Shown: positions 1 to 7,657 of the stretch, piece after piece
How positions within the stretch are numbered: position 1 is the stretch's first letter
Layout of the letters: every line of letters starts with the position of its first letter
Assembly: GCA_963793425.1 (NCBI GenBank)
Contig: CAWCAG010000007.1
Location: forward strand, 576,001 to 640,000
Source: an uncultured cyanobacterium
GTDB lineage: Bacteria; Cyanobacteriota; Cyanobacteriia; Cyanobacteriales; CAWCAG01
Length of the DNA stretch: 64,000 nt
Direction: 5' to 3'
Program-made: the position numbers and the translations under genes
The notes under the pieces: generated by a model
Databases searched by the model: none
What the model was told of the DNA's origin: nothing
Seen by the model: only the letters and a program-made list of their open reading frames with translations

Positions 1-241
1 CATGAGGACGAGAGGATTCTTCATCTTCAGGATTAACTCCTGTATTACCCAATTCTGGGTAAGTAAAAATGACAATTTGACCGCAGTAACTAGGATCAGT
101 TAAAACTTCCTGATATCCTGTCATGCCTGTATTAAAAACGACCTCTCCAATGGCAGTATGAAGAGAACCAAAAGACCAACCCTGATAAAAACTGCCGTCA
201 GCAAGCACTAATAAAGCTGGTTGAGCATCGGCGATAGGCAT
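1..241 (-). CDS. carA: carbamoyl-phosphate synthase small subunit, 5' part (runs off window start)
   Basis: Not in ORF track. Manual translation from ATG (cat 239-241) gives [16 protein letters not shown]...[39 protein letters not shown], the CarA signature. Confidence 0.95.
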   Translation of the reverse strand, partial: MPIADAQPALLVLADGSFYQGWSFGSLHTAIGEVVFNTGMTGYQEVLTDPSYCGQIVIFTYPELGNTGVNPEDEESSRPH

Positions 242-465
242 AATTAAAGTTTCTCCACCCTTGTTGCTAATTATTTATCGTCTGAAGGGCATGGTAGCTG
301 TGTATTAACCCTATTGTCTAGTAGAAAAGCTTTAATCATAGAAAAACTGGGCATACTGTTTATCAAAACGAAAAAAGGTTTAAAACCCCGCCGTTTTAGG
401 GCGGATTAGTTGGTCTTCTCAGGTATAATAAACATGATTCGCGAATAGCAGCTATTGCAGCCAAC

Positions 466-840
466 ATGAAAGCCAGATACAGATACAGATTTTACCCAAC
501 AAATGAGCAGAAAGCGGATGCGACCCCGCGTCGGCGAAAGACGCAAGGGAACGCGCACCAAGCAAGAACTCTCTATTCGAGAATGGACTTGCTTAAATTG
601 TGGTGCAGTTCATGACAGAGATGTTAACGCTGCTGTAAATATAAGAGGTGCGCTTAGCCTAACGGCAACGCTCCGCGACCCAACCGCAGTTTAACTACGG
701 TTGGGTCGCACCTCAAAGTCGCGGAGGGACACCCTGAGACTCTAAACGGACGTAGAGGCAGGTGTAAGACTACTACTGTAGCAGCAGCCTATGAAACGTC
801 AACCCACTTAGAACCTGTTCAACTTTCGTTGTTTGGGTAG
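466..840 (+). pseudogene. tnpB: TnpB RNA-guided nuclease remnant (N-terminal stub + Zn finger/C-terminus)
   Basis: ATG 466 [16 protein letters not shown], then a jump to [26 protein letters not shown]. After a 68-bp insertion: LKVAEGHPETLNGRRG...VQLSLFG* (TAG 838-840). Most of the gene is missing. Confidence 0.9.
644..714. repeat. small nested hairpin repeat inserted in the tnpB 3' region
   Basis: Terminal IR gaggtgcg/cgcacctc and inner stem gcgacccaaccg/cggttgggtcgc. The 14-mer tagcctaacggcaa (655-668) recurs inverted at 7595-7608. A related GC-rich segment sits at ~519-559. Confidence 0.7.
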
Positions 841-907
841 ATGAGGAATCCCCGTCTCTCTAGAGCGGGGAGGATGTCAAGAATATACTGATGTATCTAA
901 GCTGAAA

Positions 908-1804
908 ATGACTTTTAAGCCTGATCAGCCAACCAAGACCATTCTGATTTGCTCCGCTATTTTAGCAGTAGGGAGTGTTGCCTGTAGCAAGCTTGATTCC
1001 CTGCTTCCGTCTTCTCGTTCCCAAGGAACTGTTGCTCCGGTATCCTCAACTCCTCAACCTAGTCCTTCCCCCACCCTATCTCCTTCTCCTACACCTCCTT
1101 CAGCCGAAGAGGTTAAAAAAAATTACGAACGGGCTTTAGATGTTGCTGAAGGGGCAGAGGTAATAGCTAGCTCGGCTCAATCTCCTGAAGATTGGCAACT
1201 GGTGGCTAAGCGTTGGCAAAATGCGATTATTTTGTTAGAAACTGTTGACAAATCTCACCAAAGTTATCAAGATGCCCAGACAAAGCTTACTGAATACCAG
1301 AATGCTTTGAGTAATGCTACAGCAAAAGCAAAATTACCGCCTCAAGTTCAAGCCCAAAGGCCCAGAACAACTTCTATTTCTTCAGAAGATTCAGCCTCAA
1401 CGAATAATGAAGAGGTAGCTTCTTCAGAAGGAGCAGAGGGAGAAGAGAAGGAAAAGTCGAAAGATAATCGAGAAGTATATAGTGCGGCAATTAGTCGTCG
1501 CTTGAATGGCAATCCAGTTATTAGTGTGACTTTAAATGGTTCTAGTCCCGCAGAAATGTCTATATCTCCTGGAGGAGGAAGTACAGTCATTACTCAATTC
1601 ACTGCTACATCTCTCGGTATTGTGCCAGATGTGGATAAAAATGCCGCTAAAGTTAAATCAATTAATGCCGGAGGAGCGGTAGTTAATAATGTCAATGCTA
1701 CTGTCTCTCCTAGTGCTGAGGTAGGAGTTTTAGGGGGAGAATTTTTTAGTAAGTACGATGTAGAAATTAAGGATAATGTGGTGGAATTTAGAGCTAAGAG
1801 CTAA
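908..1804 (+). CDS. putative lipoprotein with C-terminal retropepsin-like (aspartyl protease) domain
   Basis: Lipobox-like SVAC, Pro/Ser linker, helical repeat, and C-terminal PVISVTLNG...GVLGGEFF...EIKDNVVEF. The catalytic DTG appears replaced (SPG). Confidence 0.7.
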   Translation: MTFKPDQPTKTILICSAILAVGSVACSKLDSLLPSSRSQGTVAPVSSTPQPSPSPTLSPSPTPPSAEEVKKNYERALDVAEGAEVIASSAQSPEDWQLVAKRWQNAIILLETVDKSHQSYQDAQTKLTEYQNALSNATAKAKLPPQVQAQRPRTTSISSEDSASTNNEEVASSEGAEGEEKEKSKDNREVYSAAISRRLNGNPVISVTLNGSSPAEMSISPGGGSTVITQFTATSLGIVPDVDKNAAKVKSINAGGAVVNNVNATVSPSAEVGVLGGEFFSKYDVEIKDNVVEFRAKS

Positions 1805-2379
1805 AGGATGAAAGAAGGTTTGAGAGAAAATAAAGAATCCCTAACCTAAAAAACTCTCATCAAAAATATACACCCAATCTTTCACAGGTTGAGTGCAATT
1901 TTTTATAGTGCTAGCTTTTTTATACGTTGGTCAGCTAGCGGCATTTATCTTTAGTACTTCTAATATAAATCATTATAGACTCACATCTATTTTGTCTTAA
2001 TATTTTCTTTATATTTGTCAAAATCACTTTCTTGCCAAAAAAATTGTCTCCAGAATTACTCAGAAGCACTTTAGTTTCTAGTCAAATCTATACTTATCCC
2101 TCTTCTGTCAGATTCCGATTTTTCCTATTATTTGAACTTCCTGGACAAATGATATACTAGGGAATGCAGAGTGCAATAATCGAATTTTGGCAATTTTGCT
2201 GCTTGCAAGAATTTTTAGGAAGAAAAAATATTGCGATCGCATACTATACAAAAGCTCCAGAATTTAGAAATGACTTTTGTTTCCGGAGATTGACAGAAGA
2301 GGGATATATTTGCGATCGCTATCAAAGTGAACCCGTAGCGGAGATTCAATAACAAAAGCGTATCCAAGGTGCTTATAAG

Positions 2380-2706
2380 TTGGGCAAAGCTTGGACAATT
2401 CCTTTGTATCGTGGTAAGCCCAAGGTTTCCCGTGGACACAGAGGCCCTGCTCCTCGTTGGGGTAAACCCTATTCCTCCGCAGTGAAGATTATTTATGTTA
2501 ACCGCGAAGTAATTAAAAGAAACCAGAAAGAAAACGAGTTTGAACCAGTAATCAGCCTCAATCAGAGGAATCAAGCCAATATTTACGCTCACCAAGCAGA
2601 TATTAAAGGCCCTTGTCGCATAATTTACAGTCCCGATAAATCCAATAGTGGTGGAGTAAGGTTATGGCTAGAAACCTACGGGGAGGTAGAGATGATCTGC
2701 TATTGA
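2380..2706 (+). CDS. conserved hypothetical protein
   Basis: 108-aa ORF. The YAH..DIKGPCRIIYSPD...RLWLET pattern resembles a small cyanobacterial/phage family; start uncertain. Confidence 0.6.
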   Translation: MGKAWTIPLYRGKPKVSRGHRGPAPRWGKPYSSAVKIIYVNREVIKRNQKENEFEPVISLNQRNQANIYAHQADIKGPCRIIYSPDKSNSGGVRLWLETYGEVEMICY

Positions 2707-2844
2707 TAGAATAATCATTCCCCGTATCTCTGGCGCTTCAAGTGAATAGGCAATCTCCATTAGTGACAAATTAAGGTTTTGTATTATTTGTCAATCTCTT
2801 TGCGGTAAGCTGATTTTTTCCTAATACTAATAAAGTGGAGGAGT

Positions 2845-3054
2845 TTGATGGATTGGGAAACATGGGGATTGTATATCATTATTGCTATTCTTATTTCATA
2901 TTTAACAATAATGGGAATATATGCTATTGAAAATGCGAAAAATAGCCTTCAACAAGAAGCAAAGCTACAAGAATTAGAGAGCAGATTGAAGCAGTTAGAA
3001 AAGATTTCCCAGCTTACAGAAGAAGAGCCGATAAAGACAAGGAATGATGAATAA
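2845..3054 (+). CDS. small membrane protein with coiled coil
   Basis: GGAGGAG RBS directly upstream, one TM helix followed by heptads (QEAKLQELESRLKQLEK). Confidence 0.7.
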   Translation: MMDWETWGLYIIIAILISYLTIMGIYAIENAKNSLQQEAKLQELESRLKQLEKISQLTEEEPIKTRNDE

Positions 3055-3346
3055 CGATGATAAACAAAATCAAGATGGAACAAACTTTAAGAAAGCGAAA
3101 AATATCCTTTCCGACGTATTGGTAATAGGTAGTCTAGTTCTAATTTTATGTGGGAAAAGCTTTTTGGGCGTTGTAATGGAAGTAATTTATTTTATTATTG
3201 CTTATATAGATTTATTTCAGAGGCGCAAGGATTATAAAAATAGAGAGTTAATTAGAATGACAAGAATAAAGCAACTTGAAGCTGAAATAGAAAACCTAGA
3301 AAAATACTGGCAAGATAAGAACAATAACAGTTCTTTGTATCTATAA
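3044..3346 (+). CDS. small membrane protein with coiled coil
   Basis: Overlaps the previous ORF by 11 bp; two hydrophobic stretches then RIKQLEAEIENLEK. Confidence 0.65.
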   Translation: MMNNDDKQNQDGTNFKKAKNILSDVLVIGSLVLILCGKSFLGVVMEVIYFIIAYIDLFQRRKDYKNRELIRMTRIKQLEAEIENLEKYWQDKNNNSSLYL

Positions 3347-3347
3347 A

Positions 3348-4270
3348 CTACTCAAACTCTTGAAGTAATTCTAGTGCTTCAGGAGTACCCAATTCCTCTA
3401 GTTGCGATTGGGCAATGCCTCGAAGTTCCTCATCTTGCAAAGCTTGACGATAGAGACTCCAAACCTCAACCACTTCCCCCGAAGCATCAACCTGTCCTTG
3501 TAAGGGGACAAAAAACATCAGGTTTTCTATACCATATCTCCTATCAGATCCTGAATCGCTCTCAAATGCTTTCACTATGGTGGAAAAAGCGACAGGATTG
3601 CCTAACTTAGCTAAAAAGCCTGCTGCTTCTGCGGCAACATATTCCCTCTCTGGATCGAATTGGGATACGCTTTCAAGTATGGGGATGCCAGATTGGTCTC
3701 CTAATTGGGATAATCCATAAGCTGAGACAATTCGAGCATAGTAGTTAGGATAATCATCGGCAGGCTCATTAAGGGATCTGTCATCACTAAGACCCTTGCG
3801 AAATAGCTCTGCATCTCGTGGTTCAGGATTAGATGCTAGTAGATATAAAGCCTCATTACGAATGGAAGGGTGTATGTATTGTGCTGCTACTCGCCACTCA
3901 TCTTTGGTTGTACCAAAACCATAGTATTCCAACATGGTTTTAGCGTAAATAACTTTTTTTGTGAATAGGCTGCTTCTCGTTCTAAATCAGTGATTGGACC
4001 TAATACGTCAGGGAGCAAACACTCATAAGAAATAGATGAGCCTGAAGGTATTAAAAAACATTGCGCTAGTCTTTCTAGTCTTTCTATGGGGGTTTCTGTA
4101 TAGGGATTAGGTGTTCTAGTAAAAGTTGTTGTTGTTGGTTCAGCTTTTGCTGGGTTGCTTTCTACAAAAGCACAGACGATTAATAAGGAAATAATTAAAC
4201 TAGAAACAAAGTTTTTTTGGTTTAACTTTAGACCAAGTTTTATAGAAAGTTCGCTTTGGCTAGTTGACAT
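3348..4270 (-). CDS. exported HEAT-repeat protein, split by a 1-bp frameshift (ORFs 3887-4270 and 3348-3935)
   Basis: Signal peptide (…PAKA-EP) and HEAT-like repeats (RNEALYLL, RIVSAYGLSQLG, AEAAGFLAKLG). One extra A in the A7 run (T7 at 3954-3960 on +) fuses the two ORFs into 307 aa. Confidence 0.7.
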
Positions 4271-4344
4271 ATAAATTCTTCAGTCTCAAATGTCTATAAA
4301 ACTGTGTTAATTCTATAGAGTAAAAAGCCATATATCAATTATGG

Positions 4345-5193
4345 TTAGTCCCCATCATCGGATGAGTTTGAAGAACTTTTCTCCTTATCTTGCTCACGTA
4401 AGAGAAACCTGGTGGTATAGGGGTAATCCATACCTAATTTGACCTCTGATAAATCCTTTTTCAGCAAAACCTCTTCCAGGTTTTCGTAGTCAACCTCACC
4501 TCGGTTATCATCTATTGAATCTATACCTAACCAAGTCTCAAAGGATTCCCCATTAGCTGTAAAACTACGGCTACCTAAAGCAGCAATAATAAAAACATCA
4601 TCAAACATACTCTCAAACCTTCCTGTGCGATGAGAGTAACCTACATATTTACTAGCTATATAAGTAACAGGAACATTTTTGATCAGTACTTCTGTTTGAG
4701 CTGGCAAGAAAACAGCATAGCAACTTTCACCGGAACCTCCACTAAGTTCGCTGACGATAGCATTGCCTTGACCACCGTAGCGATACACAGATACCTTATC
4801 GTAATCTAGCGGTATTTTCCAAGAACCGACTTCTGAACCATAGATTCTGGGGAAGAAAAACCACTGAGAATGATTAAAATCATTGCGAAATTTAATATCG
4901 AGTTTCAAAACAAAACGATGAGGTCTTCCTCCTATTACATGATCCAGTACTACCTCAATAGATGGTGGAACATATTCTCTAGGTCTATTCTGAAGTAAAT
5001 CAGGAGAAATAAATAGCTCATCGGGAGAAAAACGGAACTTTTCCATATCTAGAACTTCTATAGAGTTGCCGACCTGTTCTTGCTGTGAGAGAAATTCTTT
5101 CTCCTCCGCATTTACAGGTTCATACAACCATAATATACAGGCTGTGACTAGAAGGAAGACACTTGTTTTAATTGATTTCCTAGCATATTTCAT
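4345..5193 (-). CDS. exported hypothetical protein
   Basis: 282-aa ORF with a Sec-type signal peptide (…PVNA-EE); no family recognised. Confidence 0.7.
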   Translation of the reverse strand: MKYARKSIKTSVFLLVTACILWLYEPVNAEEKEFLSQQEQVGNSIEVLDMEKFRFSPDELFISPDLLQNRPREYVPPSIEVVLDHVIGGRPHRFVLKLDIKFRNDFNHSQWFFFPRIYGSEVGSWKIPLDYDKVSVYRYGGQGNAIVSELSGGSGESCYAVFLPAQTEVLIKNVPVTYIASKYVGYSHRTGRFESMFDDVFIIAALGSRSFTANGESFETWLGIDSIDDNRGEVDYENLEEVLLKKDLSEVKLGMDYPYTTRFLLREQDKEKSSSNSSDDGD

Positions 5194-5267
5194 AATTAAG
5201 TAACTTTATTCTTTAAACTATCAACAACATAGCAAGCTAGACCAAGTTGTAACAGAAAACTTGACCC

Positions 5268-6410
5268 TCAAATAGCAGAAGAAAAGTTAGGTGGCAGGAC
5301 AAAACTCCCTGCTCTTCTAACCATCTCAGCATCTAACTTACGACCGCTATCAAGATGAAGACCAGGACGCAAAATATCTCCACTAAGGGGATGTCTGTAG
5401 GGAGAAGCAGACAAAATGTCTTCTACCGATATCTTGTTAGGAAAGACAGTATCATGGCCGTCTACATCTATGTGAGGGACAAAAACTCCCCTCACATATT
5501 GTTCTACCTCTTCTCTGAATTCCTCTGGTTCATATCTATCTTTAAATCTGTCCCAATTATCCTCATATACTTGATCTACAAGTCTAGCTATTTCTTCTCT
5601 ATCTGCGTCACTCTGGTCTTGGTTATATGCTTTTACCATTTCTTCCAACATTCCTTCTTCTGTCACATTTACTATCCCAAAACCTGACCATAGTTGCTCG
5701 CCCTTTAGCGTTTTTCCAACATAAAGAGAATGTTCCCCGGCAAAGTTCGAGCCAGGATGTTTGAGAAGATATTTTGGATAATTGCCAAAATAATACCACT
5801 CACCTACTTGAATATTCTGACGCGCCCCCACAGTATTTCCAGCCTTGCCCGGCTCTTCTGCTACTTCAGTGGGAATCAAATAACTAGCCAAAGGCGAATC
5901 TTCCAAATCCCTTGCAGCGATACGCAATCGACGCTCTTTAGCAATCTCTTTAGTTGTTGAGCCAAATATTTCATCGAATCGCTCATTTCCAACCGCAGCG
6001 CGTATTGTGTCATACTGGATTGCTTGAATAGTTGTATTACAATCAGCAATTGTTAAACCTTCTAGCCATGCCTGAATCCCTTCCGAGGCGCTTTTTCCTT
6101 CTCTCAGAATCCAGTCTAAAAAGTCTATGCGCTCAAAATAATCTGGGTTAGCATAGCCATTCCTGTAATCATCTTGCCATTCATAACCTTCTATATCCAT
6201 CTCTGCTCTGAGTTGATAAATATGGTTATAATGTATGCCAGAGTCTGGTCTTGATGTTTCTGTTACGTCAGGAAAGTTAGCTTGCTCCATCCCTTCAACA
6301 ACACGAGGTAACATTTCCTCTTCAGTGGCGGCAATTTCCGGGCCAGTTGCTAGCCCGAAGCAAGCATCTTTATACCAATTTTTAGCTGAATGCCGTACTC
6401 CTTTGATCAT
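5268..6410 (-). CDS. Tgl-like protein-glutamine gamma-glutamyltransferase domain protein; 5' end probably truncated (homologous part begins ~6355)
   Basis: Ordered motifs YANPDYF, ADCNTTIQAIQY, GNERFDEIF, GEWYYFGN, FAGEH, WSGFG and RKLDAE match my recollection of Bacillus Tgl (YGNTTYW, FECATAIVIIYY, GEDKFNASF, GDCLYFKN, WRGEN, FAHG, TRLDVP). Confidence 0.65.
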   Translation of the reverse strand: MIKGVRHSAKNWYKDACFGLATGPEIAATEEEMLPRVVEGMEQANFPDVTETSRPDSGIHYNHIYQLRAEMDIEGYEWQDDYRNGYANPDYFERIDFLDWILREGKSASEGIQAWLEGLTIADCNTTIQAIQYDTIRAAVGNERFDEIFGSTTKEIAKERRLRIAARDLEDSPLASYLIPTEVAEEPGKAGNTVGARQNIQVGEWYYFGNYPKYLLKHPGSNFAGEHSLYVGKTLKGEQLWSGFGIVNVTEEGMLEEMVKAYNQDQSDADREEIARLVDQVYEDNWDRFKDRYEPEEFREEVEQYVRGVFVPHIDVDGHDTVFPNKISVEDILSASPYRHPLSGDILRPGLHLDSGRKLDAEMVRRAGSFVLPPNFSSAI

Positions 6411-7512
6411 CAGTACTTCCGAAGGCTTACCTTTTACCCAACGTCAAAAGGCTAGCTGGGAAATCCCCGACTTAACTTTCACAGAAAGAAAAGCGGTTTG
6501 GTTAGAAAATTTAGGCGATACCTACGGTGGGCTTTGCCTACGCGCCTCTTCACTTAATGGACAACTTGATATCATTGCCCATAGCTTTTCCCTTCCTCCT
6601 CAAAGTATTGCTGCCATTTGCCAACAAAATCTGCCCAAAGAATCCTCAACAGATTTAACCAACCACCTCTGGCAAATTTGTCGTCTCCACGCCCGTACCC
6701 AATTGGAGGCCCTGGCTAAACGAGTGGAAACTTCCCTTACTTGGAATGACCTCATCTTACCCGATGAGTGCTTAAAAACTCTGAAGCAGATTGTCACCAC
6801 CACACGGAATCGCTTTCTTGTTTATCATCAAGGGGGCTTTGCCTCTAAATATAACCGTGGCTTGGGAATCTGCGCCCTTTTTAGTGGGCAAAGTGGTACA
6901 GGAAAAACTACGGCGGCGGAGATTATTGCTAAAGAATTAAATTTAGATTGCTACCTGGTTGATCTCAGTCAAATTGTCAGTAAATATATTGGTGAAACCG
7001 AGAAAAATCTCAAACAAATTTTTGATGCTGCCCAAGGGGGTAATGCTGTGCTTTTGTTTGATGAAGCTGATGCTTTATTTGGTAAACGAGGAGAGGTAAA
7101 AGATGCCCGCGATCGCTATGCTAACCAAGAAGTGAGTTATTTATTACAACGGATAGAAACTTATCCAGGGTTAGCTATTTTAACCACTAATCTCAAAGAT
7201 TCCATTGATCCAGCCTTCCAAAGACGATTAAAATTTGTCCTGGATTTCCCCTTTCCTACCAGACAACAACGCCAACAAATTTGGCAACAAGCTTTTCCTC
7301 CTCAAACTTCTACCCAAGGACTTAGTTATCAGCGTTTGGCTCAATTAAGCGTTACCGGAGGAGAGATTGCTAATATCGCTTTAGATGCAGCCTTCCGTGC
7401 AGTTGCAGCAGGAGAATTAGTGCAGATGAAGCACTTGCTACAGGCGGCAAGGGCTGATGCTAAACGTACAACTCGACATATGAGTAGTCAAGAAACAGAA
7501 CGCTGGGTATGA
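6235..7512 (+). pseudogene. Afp15/Pvc15-type AAA+ ATPase (eCIS-associated), N-terminally truncated; homologous part begins ~6355
   Basis: Walker A GQSGTGKT, VDLSQIVSKYIGETEKNL, Walker B LLFDEAD, and family signature DARDRYANQEVSYLLQR. The first ~40 codons are the antisense of the neighbouring gene. Confidence 0.8.
6515..6543 (+). repeat. 21-nt small dispersed repeat (SDR5-like) inserted in a HIP1 site
   Basis: GCGAT + acctacggtgggctttgccta (21 nt) + CGC, in frame inside the ATPase. Confidence 0.8.
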
Positions 7513-7649
7513 TATAGCAATACTAGAGTGAGATGTAAACACAATTCTCGGTGAAAGGGTTGGCGTTTCGCGAATGCGTTGCCGTAGGCTAGCCTTGCCG
7601 TTAGGCTACGAGGAAAAGTAGAATTTACAATTCAATTGGAATCGCTATA
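7513..7649. repeat. MITE-like inverted-repeat element with nested small repeats
   Basis: Imperfect TIRs tatagcaat..tga..tgtaaa / tttaca.ttca..atcgctata between convergent genes. Termini are of the same type as 26916-27039. Confidence 0.6.
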
Positions 7650-7657
7650 GGTATTAA

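Larger units (their letters stand above)
381..880 (+). mobile_element. non-autonomous, internally deleted IS200/IS605-family (tnpB) element
   Basis: Left hairpin ccgccgttttagggcgg (~388-404), TATAAT at 424-429, tnpB fragments, and a right end gaatccccgtctctctagagcggggaggatgtcaa (846-880) typical of cyanobacterial IS605. Left boundary is approximate. Confidence 0.85.

Noticed and set aside
503..694. 63-aa ORF as a real gene
   Set aside because: Chimera of repeat insertions and the tnpB Zn-finger fragment.
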